Assembly (NCBI GenBank): GCA_002633005.1
Contig: NMRA01000004.1
Coordinates: forward strand, 997,793-1,061,792
Origin: Phoronis australis
Lineage: Eukaryota > Animalia > Phoronida
Direction: 5' to 3'
DNA: 64,000 bases
This document shows, one piece after another, positions 1-11,382 of this stretch; the first letter of the stretch is position 1; every line of letters starts with the position of its first letter. The translations under genes and the position numbers were made by a program. The notes under the pieces are model-generated. The model was not told where the DNA came from. It made no database searches and was given only the letters and a program-made list of their open reading frames with translations.

Positions 1-284
1 CCAGTTGTAAGTTTTGATAAAACTATCCAGTTAGACCACCGCATAAAAAGTCGTGAAGTTACGACATTATCGTGAAATTATGCTCCAGGTCAATATTGTG
101 AACTCAAGTGAGACTAACACCGTCTGTTTTCACTAAGCCATTTCTGACTTCGTTTAGGAACGTCCTTTGTAGGTTTTTACTCCAAACTGGAAGGCAATGA
201 GACGCCGCACTTAGATTTAGCTCGGCGATGTCATGCGGCTTTAATTCCGGTAATACATGTAATGGCGCCAAAGCCTTGTCGTAC

Positions 285-383
285 CTGATATATGGAGTGT
301 TCGCAGGAATGTGGTATTTTGCACCTGGATCAAAATCTGCTTCGCTCCTCTTCACAGGTGGTGCTAGACCTTGGTATTTACAC
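285..383 (-). CDS. ACE: ACE exon 10 (gene continues beyond the left edge)
   Basis: Acceptor CGTACAG|G, donor AG|GTACGA; 99 nt, phase 2/2; [33 protein letters not shown]. Confidence 0.93.
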
Positions 384-2409
384 CTGTACGTGATAAATAC
401 TTAATGTTAGATTCCATCAGCCGAAAAAATATATTTTCGGGATGCCGTTGTTCATGTCAATCAAATGTCTTTAAAACATTTGCCCTACAGATTTTTAAAA
501 AACTAACACTGTGATTATTTTTCTAAAAATCCCGATGAAAGATTAGCACTCAAATATACTGACAACTCGCTGGTCCTTTGTGTTGGTATTTAAAACTAAA
601 ATTTTTCGTCTAACGAAATACACAGGGGTCATGTACGTTGAACAATCAAGTCAAAATCAAACTTATGAATTCCCGGACATAACGTTAGGCCCTGCGCAGA
701 CGGACAGCTACGAGTTTAACTGGCTCACCGGTCGTTAGCTCAAGTCATGACAAGAAATTGGAGTGCGACCACAAATGAATAAACTAGCGCTAGTTCTCTC
801 ACTTGTTCACGTCTTCACAGTGAGCTATCGGCTCATTCAACATTCATTCGAGGCAGTCAGATGAGCTCGTAGCACACCGTCTACGCAAGCACTCAAAGGC
901 GTTAAGCAATGACAACATTCCATTCACGAAGACGTGTAATCCATAGAGCAAGTTCCTTACGAGGAAAGGGAGTTCAATAAAGTCTTTGCAAGACATCGTC
1001 AAGGATTACAAACGAAGCACGTGATCACACTAGTTTCACTCGCGAGTATCTTGCGTCCACGGAACGCATCCCAGGATTGGCCTTTAAGAAGTATTTCAGT
1101 TAGCATATACCCAGCCTTGCCTGGCAAAGGTTTACTAACAACATACAATAAGTGTAATCAATGAGCTACCAAACTTGTTTACATGTAAATCTCTTTACAT
1201 TCCATTGAATACCTGCAAAATAAGACCGACAATTTCATGCATTTTGACAAATCACTAGCTTAACGTCAACACATTCGTTCTGCCTGGAAATGTTTGTTTC
1301 ACCAATCTTGAGTTGCTTTTAAACATAGGTATTGCATTTCAAAACCAGTGATGATACATGCTTGGGGCGAAAACAGAGCCATTACTCTACAATCGGAAAG
1401 TTATTCCATCGATAACTGACGGCCTGCACTCAAGCCTACTCGGAGGATATTCTCATCAAGCGCGGATACGGTGTCATTGTTGTTATATTTAAGGATGCCA
1501 CGATGGGTTAAAAATGGCCAACTTAAAAGTAAGACCCCATAGAAAACAAGAAGCCGTCAGCAACTTGCCTTACTCCACAACTCGATTTTTGTGACGTAGA
1601 CGCAAAATTGAGACAGTAGAGCTGGACTGCAGCCACAGTCAGTTTGCACTACTCCATTCGGCCTATGCTGGGTTTGGCGACAGTTTTTTGGGGTTGCATT
1701 GGAAGTTGTATTATTGAATTTGAATTGTTCGTGTTTGTGAACAGAATGGTAAAGAGGAAAGTCCATTTATTCAATTGTGCATTTTCTTTTCTTCAAAATG
1801 GCGGCCTCCTGCAGCATTTGACTAGTGATGTTTACCGACTGATGAGTCTTTCAAAAAGTCCTAAAACAATCCAAGGTTGTAAAATCGTTTGCATGGCACA
1901 CCTTTATAGCCAATTTATGTAATTTTAAGAGAATTTGACTTGAGAACTTATTGTAGGCTTATGCTGTGCATCAGTAGGGATGTGGTGATTATTGGCTCAA
2001 AAATGACAGTTTGCATTTTGAACATATTTTTGGAGCCTCGCTTTCTTTACTGGGTAAATGGACTAAAATAAGCAACAGCATTAACTTTCTGTGATCATAG
2101 GCAGTGTTTTGATGTTTGCTCGATTCATATCTGTCAACAGAGTGGGATATCTGTAAGGTAGAGCTTCCCAGGCAAAATTGACCGCGAACTCTGCAGTAGC
2201 CTGGCTGCCTCCTACGTGAAATGAGATGTCCCGATGTAATAATTATGTTACCGAAAAAGCAGTCAGTTTAACTTTAATAAAGGTGTTCGGACAAGGGACA
2301 ATCATAAGGGGCATCTCGTATTGCTACGCTGCGGGAATACAAAAGCCGTACGAGAGGGGGAACGCCTCGACTCTCTAGATCACCTCATCTGCACTGTATA
2401 ATTAATTAC

Positions 2410-2554
2410 CTTAGGTCCCACCACTTTTCATTGTACTTGGTGTCGGGTGTCTCTCCACTGAAAACACTCCATCGCCACTGATCCATGAGATAACCAAATG
2501 GTATGAATGCGATTTTGTCCAGAGCCATGCTTAGAAGAAAGTTTAGGTCACTCT
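2410..2554 (-). CDS. ACE: ACE exon 9
   Basis: Acceptor CTTCAG|AG, donor AG|GTAATT; 145 nt, phase 1/2; [49 protein letters not shown]. Confidence 0.93.
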
Positions 2555-3311
2555 CTGAAGAAAAGAGTTTCTTATCATTTAACCAAAACCACAATAACTG
2601 GAATAAAGATTCGACTCTTGTTACATATTTGGAAAAATGTAACTTGATATCGGTTTCACCACTTTACATAAGTTAGATACTTAAATAAATAATATGCAAA
2701 CTTATTACATCAAGCAGGCTTCCGAATCTTGATAAAGGCCCACGGCACCTAGGCCCATGGATGTACCTTGGATCCATATTTAAAATCCGTAAAGTTTGCA
2801 GGGATTCTCAAGATGAACGTTTAACAAGACCAGGGAGTGAAAAACAGGTGGCAGATGTATGAGAAACAGGCCATAATAATTAGTTATTTCACACTGTTTT
2901 TAAATTTTCTTCCCAATAAACTTATCTTCCGCACGGTACCATAGACTAGGTATATGGGATATTATTCCCCGTCGATTTCATTCATAGTTTACGGAAAATG
3001 TTCGAGTGACTGGAACGTTTTCCCGCGAACTATGCCAGGTCCGAATATACGAAATGGGGATCAGAAACTACTCGTAAGTTACATGTATAATCCACTGACG
3101 AGTCATTTATGCACCTGAAGCAATAAGGCGGCTAAACTCCCGAAAGTGAAGTGGTGCCCTGATCAAACGCTAGACGGAGCACGAATACAAAAACATACAT
3201 TTTTGCAGATAACAGCACGCAGTCCCTACCTTACAACACAACATTAAGTTATACTTTCAGTGAAAAATCAACAACAAATATACAGTCCAAGACTTATTAG
3301 AAGTACCATAC

Positions 3312-3410
3312 CCCTGTCATCTTCCACGTTGTCCAATAAACCAATTTCTTTCAAATGTTTTGGGGTGGCAACCGACAGCGCCAACACGTCTCCGACTGCT
3401 TCATGAAATC
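3312..3410 (-). CDS. ACE: ACE exon 8 (third zinc ligand, GFHEAVGD)
   Basis: Acceptor TTCACAG|GA, donor G|GTATGG; 99 nt, phase 1/1; [33 protein letters not shown]. Confidence 0.93.
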
Positions 3411-4527
3411 CTGTGAACAGCATACACCTAATTAAGCTTACAATTTGACCAATTGAAAGTGGGACCAAACGTCATATCAAATTGGTTTCCAGGTAACGTT
3501 TTTTAAACCATCGACAGCAAGTCTCTGATTTGCACAGAAGATATTGCCTTTCATACGTTTTCAAAAAATTTCCACTTGAATGTATAATGATATAATGATA
3601 CGCATGTCGTACAATTGTTTAACAGTACACGTCGTACGGAATAAATGTATCGACATAAAAACTTTGATGGAGTAAGAAATTAAACTAGGAGTTATCACAG
3701 TTACATTAACTGTTTCACTTTCAAAACAAAAGACGCCAGGAAGAAAAAGATGAAGCACAAAACGATTAACATAACATTGCCAAATCCGCGTGCTACAGAT
3801 ATCTGGACAGGCACATGTAAAGCGGTAAGTGGGGGGGAGAGACGGGAAGACGCCGTGAATAGAACAATACAGCCATACGGTGCAGGAACATGCGGTTGTG
3901 TGAAGACATCAATCTAGTGAAAAGAAAAGGCTGGAATAGGAATACATTAAATTTTAGAGATTCTCCCCATTTAGTAATTATCACGATAGAAAATTCATAA
4001 AAAGTACCACAAGACAAACTACTTCCAACATGACATCGCTTGAAAATAGATTTTTGATGAAAAAAATTTAAGGTCGACAGGAAGTGTAATTGAACTTTTT
4101 GAACAGGGACAATATGACACAAGAGACTTAAATAGCGAAATAAAACAAATGCATAGGCGTTTGCGCATTTGACTGCGTGCGCATGTTCTCAGCAGTCGCC
4201 GTTTTGTCAACAGGCACTGAAAGTTTATGCCCAGATCTTTAAGAAACAAGGCCGGCATTATAATCCTGGCTCGATTTTTTTCAAAATAGGTAGAATTTTG
4301 TTATTTTTTGACTCAGCACATTTTGGCAGTGACATTTGATAGCCACTAAACTTGACTTTGTATGAACTAAATCGACACTGTTAGACCAGTGGTTGGCAAA
4401 GTGTTTTGATTTTTAGACCGCCTAGTGAACTCTTTTGTCTGCCGTCGAGCCCCTGTGACCAGTTACAGTAAGAACAACAAAGTCTACTTAACATACAACT
4501 TTTTCAACAATAAGTTAGCGAGAAGGA

Positions 4528-4543
4528 TGCCCCCTAGTGGCCA
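4528..4543 (-). promoter_or_regulatory. CTCF-like motif
   Basis: TGGCCACTAGGGGGCA on the minus strand matches the CTCF core; motif match only. Confidence 0.4.
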
Positions 4544-6164
4544 CTACAACACATTAATATTTGGCTGATTATTAGTTAGGTTCATTAAGTCTCAAATCAC
4601 CACGCTCCTCTGGGTTTACTTGGTTTAGTCAAATAGTATTGGAGTGACCAAATCCTACTTCCACCGTGTAGGACCTGGGAAACGTGATCAGAAATGGCTT
4701 GACTACAGCAGAAATCTTGGGATACTTGCTCGTACTATTTACACTGGTCATGTAGTCTGCAAAACTGTGATTTCGTCACCAGGTGAACACACATAAACAC
4801 TATATCAACACGTTCTTCCTATAGGTCAGGTTCAATCTTTGTGCTTTCTATTCCTATCATTCATCGACCCCCCCCCCNCCCCCCCCCCCTGAAATGTCAC
4901 CGACCACCAAACGAACCCCCTGGTTATTGTCGACCCTCAAGGATCTTAACGACCCTGGGGGTCCATAGAGACACCCTTAACGACCACTACTGTATGTTAG
5001 ACAAGCCCAAAGTTCTACCTGCTGAAAACGAAGTAAACGATATCCTTAATGCTCTAACAACGGACCAACATTAGTGTGTTACGTGTAAAGTAACCGACAT
5101 CGTAGAGCTGCATGGAGAAACTTATCTTCTTCATGGTTGATAGTTTCCAAAAATTTAATACATTTCATCCAACGCGCACAAGAAGTTGTTGAGGCCTCAA
5201 AAGAGCAATTCCTCTTGTGACATAAAATAAAGTGTCTGCCTAAAATCTTTGTGGTACCATCGACAGTAAAAACATCAGTATGCATGAACGACGTAATGCA
5301 TCTACCACCAGATGCCGCAACGAGTGTCAAAATGGTTGAATTGTAATTGTTTCAGTTATTCAAATTCCATACCTACAAGATCATTTCTTACATTTTGAAT
5401 AACAAAATATGATGGCCGTAGGGACTTAGAACTATAGACGGAGCTCATAAAAACGAAACTCTGTAAAATTTATTCAGGAAGGTTAAATTAAAAGCTTTTC
5501 AACATTCTTCAATTGACATGCACTAACACTCGTCACAACCACGACATTCAACTGCAGTGCATGCGTGACTTAAGATAAATCTCAAGCTTTGTTCGGTGTT
5601 ATTGTAGTCTTACAAAAAGAGTAACGACGGTAATCGAATGTTATTGATACAATTATGCCAATTCGTGACACTCATGTCTAACGGTATTTGTAACTATGGC
5701 TTCAATTCCGACATCCCGGATTCAACTCTCCTATTTTCGGAGACAGAAAAACTTATTGTGTAACCGATCTATTTTGCGAACGTTAGGACCGCTTACACAA
5801 TTTTGAGCTGAGTAAGGGTAAGGTGGAGATTTATCATGCCTCACTCAGCTTTTCAAATTTGATAATGTCTTAACTGCAACTGAGTCACTCTACAACAGTA
5901 GGTCTAACACTGTAGGCCTATTGGTATCAGAATGACAGGTGGTACACTAATCTTAATGTAGTGACTACAATGGCAACGGTGCACAACCGTGGAGCAAGTG
6001 TCCTACTCCAGTCACACAACCGTGTGGGTTAATGCCGTAGAATCACTGAAGGCATTGTCTCCGGGAGCTTAGTAGCTTTACTTGCAGATTATAGGTGTGG
6101 TGCCTCACTGCGTGTGTGCTAAAATGACATGCCATCTCTCGGTAAAAGCTGACACTACAGTTAC

Positions 6165-6289
6165 CTGCGTTAGCACCATCTCGAAACACAACCGGAAGGT
6201 GTTTGTACTGCAGGAAGTATTGTATGTGACCCATCTCGTGATGTGATATGACAAAAAACTCCATGGTGATGTCCGAGCACTGCTGAATT
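6165..6289 (-). CDS. ACE: ACE exon 7C (HEXXH exon, variant C)
   Basis: Acceptor CTGATGGTAG|A (weak pyrimidine tract), donor GCAG|GTAACT; 125 nt, phase 2/1; IQQCSDITMEFFVISHHEMGHIQYFLQYKHLPVVFRDGANA. Confidence 0.88.
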
Positions 6290-6504
6290 CTACCATCAGA
6301 ACATTTCATAAACATTTGTAAGTCCTTTTAGCGGGGAAGGCCTAATCAGTGACTTGTAACAAGCATCATGACAACGTGGTACTCATGACTTACACGACTT
6401 TCTGTCTGAATTTCTGCACTCGGATATTTCCGCCGGTTCAGCACAGCCAACCAGCTAAGACATCTGATTGTCTTACAAGCCGGAAGTCATTATCGAGAAT
6501 CAAC

Positions 6505-6651
6505 CAGCCTCCCGTTCAGTAACGCTAGGACCTCGCTAAAAAGCGAGATTACGTGAGATATTGCCGTGTTATTTAAATGAAAACACGTGACTTTGACTAG
6601 GTTTTAGCTAGGTCCTAGCGTAGGTCCTAGCGTCTACTGAACGCACGCCAG
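6505..6651 (+). mobile_element. Short foldback MITE family A (between exons 7B and 7C)
   Basis: CGTTCAGTAACGCTAGGACCT ... AGGTCCTAGCGTCTACTGAACG inverted arms; homologous copies at 19134-19272 and 37463-37619. Confidence 0.8.
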
Positions 6652-7236
6652 ATGTCTCTGCCAGTGCACCGGGATCGAACTGGCGCAGTAAATCAAGTGA
6701 CATTGAAGATCATTATGAAGGAGCAGTACCTGTCTATACAGCCAGATGGCAGCAGTAGTCATCGGCTCCACGTGACTGGTCTATTTGGGTTTGCGATTGT
6801 GTCTCATTTCTGGGTGTAAACAGTGATGGAAACACAGACGCCTTAAAGGTGAGATACTATAAAATTAAAAATACACACGGAATTGTTCTCGACACCTCGC
6901 CAACGGTTAAGTATATTAATTTGGAAAGTAAATAAACATTAGCCGATGCATGTCGAACCGCTGTTTCTTTGTCTTAGTTAGAAACTACAACATTGAATGT
7001 AGACAAAATATTTGACATGCGTCATGCCTGGTACATCAGAAGTTACGAAGTGTGTTTATTTGGAAACGAAAGTGAAAACTGCCAAGCAATGCAAAGAAAG
7101 TCTGTAGATAGTTAATTAATTTTCGTTACCAAAAGCCGGTCAACAAAATCAACTAACAACACGATGGACAACAATAGACGAACGACTAAAAGGATGCCTC
7201 GCATACGGTTTGGGATCCTTAAAAAGATGGGTTTAC

Positions 7237-7361
7237 CTGGATTAGCTCCACCCCTCAGTTGAGGGGGCAGGTGTTTATATTGCATAATATACTGGATGTG
7301 TCCCATTTCATGATGAATCAAGACCAAATAGTGCATTGTCACCTGTGTGCAAGCCGTTACT
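7237..7361 (-). CDS. ACE: ACE exon 7B (HEXXH exon, variant B)
   Basis: Acceptor TTCTTACAG|A, donor CCAG|GTAAAC; 125 nt, phase 2/1; VTACTQVTMHYLVLIHHEMGHIQYIMQYKHLPPQLRGGANP. Confidence 0.88.
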
Positions 7362-8985
7362 CTGTAAGAAGTACCTGTCATAAGTAACCACAGGCCAGTG
7401 CCACTTCCGTGCAAACGGTAATGAATCCCGTAATGACGCAAAGCAATGGGATCGTGTAATTTCAAAGTCAAGAAAACATACGTTCGCCGGGATCGTAAAC
7501 TGACGATGACCCAAAGTCACAGCATCTGATCTGCGAACTTGGTCCTTGCAGAATTCGGCCGAAGCCGGGCAGCAAGTACGTTTGTAAGTCAGATAAGGTC
7601 TTGATCAATTCAGCATTCTTGATTTAGTGCATTATTACTGTACAACTAAAAAATCTTTAAAGACTTTTATCAATCTCAAGTGCATTATTAAATACTAAAC
7701 CGGAAGTGACGGGGCATATTTCGATGTGTCCGAGTAAGCCACGCTCTCATATAATTTGTGCCGTTTTCCAGTTCCGTTTTCAATAAATAAAATGACGTCA
7801 ACAGAATACAGTGAATACTTCATACAAATGAGGTTGGTCTTTAATTACCCCTTCAGGGCAATTGTCAGGGCTTTGTTATTTGGCCAGTCAAACTACATCA
7901 CGTCTGAATTAAAATCCAGTTGTCATTATTGAAATAGTCTTTTAAAAAAAGATGTTTAATATAGCCTAAAGCAGCATTTCGCCCAATGGATCTGGCTAAA
8001 GTCGAAAATCGAATTACAGTAAGTCTTATAAACTGGGTCAAAAAACATTCCTTACCTAGATTGGTTAATATTTCCGTTACCAAAAAGAACATTGAAACTA
8101 CAAGTATTAGCGATTTAATAAAAAAATCTCACAGTTAATTGGGTTTCGCCAACCCCAACTTTCGAATTTCAAAATGGCGCACGTATTTGTGAGTCTCCAG
8201 CCCAGTCGGATGATGGCAAATGTTCTTTAATAAGCTCATGAGCGAAGACTTCAACATAGCCAGCTAAACAGCCGTGAAATGTTCCGTTAACACCGTGTCA
8301 AATATACACAATTGACCAAAAAGCTGTTTAAATACGGTAACATTGATATCCGGCAGCAATGCTTGTAATCTTTGACCAGGGAATGATGAGCCTGCCACCA
8401 TGATTTCCGACACAGTCAATTTAACTGGCCATGTGGTACGCTCTCTCACCTACTGAAGAAAGGGGTGCGCGGTCATTTCTGTCGATCACGAAAAACACTG
8501 TCTTGTCGATATATGCATTGTTTACTATTGTCAGTGTTTCAATAAATTCATACGCCACCCATTTCCCTAGAATTTAATAGAAGTACTACCTCGGGGGGCA
8601 TGCGGTATATAATAACTCTGTGCGTCGCTGAGACAACAGTTCTACTAGTATTTGCAAGCTGCCAAATGCTACAAACATTTTATATTTCGAAGACCAAGCA
8701 AGCATAAGCTAAAGAAATCGTCGCATCGGGTAGATGTCACGTTACCTGAGAGAATATACCTCTGGAATCCCATTGTTCAGTGAATTGATCTAAGCCTATG
8801 CTACAGATACATGTATGCACTAATTTGAGCTAGTAATCTGCGCTGAGCAAAATAAGACATACCTGTCTCGAGCGCACGTGCACATGATTGCAATTTTCCG
8901 AACGGAACAAAAAGCTACTACTAAATCATCGCTGAACGTAATTACGCATCCTTTTTAAAAGCGCACGCTTCTGTTTATTGTCTTT

Positions 8986-9420
8986 CAGTGGCCGGTTGCA
9001 TGAAACGGTCCAAATAGGGACTCAGCTAAGCTCCCTAATTCTTTGTGCGTATTTGTGTTTTATGGTTTCACAGATGAAATGTTTTCTATCATTTCATCTT
9101 CATTATGAGCTCCTCATTGATTAATGACATTTTCTAATAAAATAACTAAAACAGAGCCCAGAGTTCATTGAAAATAAATAGTGGCTCAATCCTTAAATTG
9201 GAGGTGTTGCATGAAAAGATCCCTACTTTTTTCGATAATATTGACAATTCAGCGTAGAGTTCACTCTCAATTTGTATCAAAGTCAAAAGTTGACTTAGAA
9301 ATGAAACTAAAACAATGCAAGAAAGGGCAATCGATGTTTTCACAAGTCCAAAAATACGCAGTAGATTTAGGGAACTTAGTTGAGTCCTTATTTGGGACTG
9401 TTTCATGCAACAAGGCACAG
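8986..9420 (+). mobile_element. MITE family B (CAGTG termini; between exons 7A and 7B)
   Basis: TIR CAGTGGCCGGTTGCATGAAACGGTCCAAATAGGGACT / AGTCCTTATTTGGGACTGTTTCATGCAACAAGGCACAG; related copies at 23275-23856 and 25131-25486. Confidence 0.75.
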
Positions 9421-9777
9421 AACTCCTGCGCGCCAGAAAGCGAGAATATTAGAGAGTGAAAACTTGTAAAATTCCATGCTTCGCTTGTAATGCAGTGGCG
9501 ACATCTCAACTTCCGACTCAAGGAGGAACTAGCTTTACAGAACGCATCCGTGGGCTGACATGCTCAGCAAATGAACTTGCAGGTCTGCTAGCTCAGCAAG
9601 AAGTGTGCAAAGGGCATGCTCGTTAGACTGTAGAGAGGCGCAGTGCTGCCTTGATTGGACAGGTCCTACTCCGAAACGCGTCGTAATCGCGTTTAGAACT
9701 TGGAGGCTTAGTGTAATCGCGTGCAGGTGCCACGGTGCATGTGATGAGAGAGAACAGTGGTTCTAACCCCCCGCTAC

Positions 9778-9902
9778 CTGGATTAGCCCCTCTTCTGAAA
9801 TTAAGCGGCAGTGTCTTATACTGGAGGTAATATTCAATGTGGCCCATCTCGTGGTGAACAGTTATGAGGTCCTCCATGGTGATATCTGTGCACTGTTTAA
9901 TT
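9778..9902 (-). CDS. ACE: ACE exon 7A (HEXXH exon, variant A)
   Basis: Acceptor CATTTCAG|A, donor CCAG|GTAGCG; 125 nt, phase 2/1; [41 protein letters not shown]. Confidence 0.93.
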
Positions 9903-11212
9903 CTGAAATGTGACAACTGAAGTAAAGCGTGCACGTGATTCACCACCAGATGTCCTACTAGGCAAATCTGGTTTTGTCACAGTGAAGGAGTGATGGCTGG
10001 TTTCTGCGTGAATAAATAAATTATTTAACCAATAAAGACATGCAAGCAGATTAGTGGGATAGCGATTATTCCTGTGAATCGTGTCTTTAGTCTTAAAGGG
10101 ACATTAAACCTACTTTACAAATTCATTACAAAGTGGGTTAAATCTGTAAGCATGACTAGCACTTGAAGAGAGTTAATTGGCTGTTGGCGGGAAAGACCGC
10201 TCACCTCGAACCACGGGATCCATTTTTGACGTAATGAAGAAGTGTTTTGGTTAAACGTAGATATCTCTCAGAGAAGTTGCGTGTAAGGCTGCCAGTTGTG
10301 TAAGTAGCGGACAACGATCAACTGGTTTAGTGTTATTTTAATTTTGATTGTTGGTATGACTTCAAAAACATTATTCGTCAATTAACCTAAACGGCGCGAT
10401 GTTACTGTTGCGTTTAGCGTATGCCTGTCATAAAATGGTACCTAGTGAAACCAAAAGTTATACACGGCCGAAACTTAGCACGAGTTTAATGTGGAATTGA
10501 TTGAATGGAAACTACACTGAAATACAAAGTTCTAATGACGTCAGTCACATACATGACAACTGAGATTAAGTAATGAGGTGCTCGACACAGCGCCTTCGCG
10601 TTTGCTAAGACTTGTCACAAACGCTAACAGTAACAAGATACAGTAACCCTGCGCATGCGTCTTGAACCTAGCGCTAACATACGTGGCAACGGATGTTGTA
10701 ATTTCGTTGGCGATTTTTTTTAACTTGGGGTATTTCAGAAACACAGGCTTGATCAAGCTTTTTACAAGCATATAAAGTTTATCGGACAAGAAGATTTATT
10801 GAGATTTATGCCCGTTCTGTAGTATTCCCTATTACTTGAGTGAGTGAAGAGACGCAAAGGGGAGCGTCTGGCTTCACTTAGTGAAAAAGACGCGTGAATT
10901 TATTGACATAAAGACACGAGGCGTGTACTTTAGTGATCTACGTTTGTCCTGGTCCAAGATACATTGCGTTGTTGAAGTTTGTTTTCTAGTTAACAGAACT
11001 TGCAAACTCCATACTATTTCGACATCAACGGGCGGAGTTACAGCGGCTTCGCTGCAGCCATCTTTTTTGTTCCATGAGGTCGAGATGAAGTTGCAGCAAA
11101 TGTCCCTCAAACGAACATTGTAACGCCGTCGTTTATTAAAATCCTGACTGTACATTAAATGATTCTCCATTTTATACGAGAGCACGGTCCAATGGATTCG
11201 TTAAAATCTTAC

Positions 11213-11382
11213 CGAAAATCTTTGCCATTGTAGAAATCCCAAGCCGAAGCGTGGCAGACGACTTCTCTTCCTTCCGGTTTCACTATCATCGAATGGTTCC
11301 AAAATGCGGGTGGCATTGGTAGTAGCCCCAATGAAGTGAAAAACTCGTCAGACAATTCGAACATTTGCATCGCCGTGTATTT
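11213..11382 (-). CDS. ACE: ACE exon 6 (absent from ORF track)
   Basis: Hand translation: acceptor TTTACAG|AAA, donor CG|GTAAG; 170 nt, phase 0/2; [57 protein letters not shown] with the CHASAWDF motif. Confidence 0.93.

Noticed and set aside
4868-4889. C-run with an N (also Ns at 34131 and 49724)
   Set aside because: Assembly ambiguities; local structure at these points is uncertain and not a biological signal.
6165-9902. Three tandem ACE genes, a multi-domain ACE, or haplotype mis-assembly as the reason for three HEMGH motifs
   Set aside because: Only this exon is repeated; flanking exons are single, and the copies are 56-66% identical in protein with unalignable introns.
3411-11212. A fourth HEMGH exon copy
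   Set aside because: I found no further HHEMGH-coding segment by eye; a decayed copy cannot be excluded without tBLASTn.
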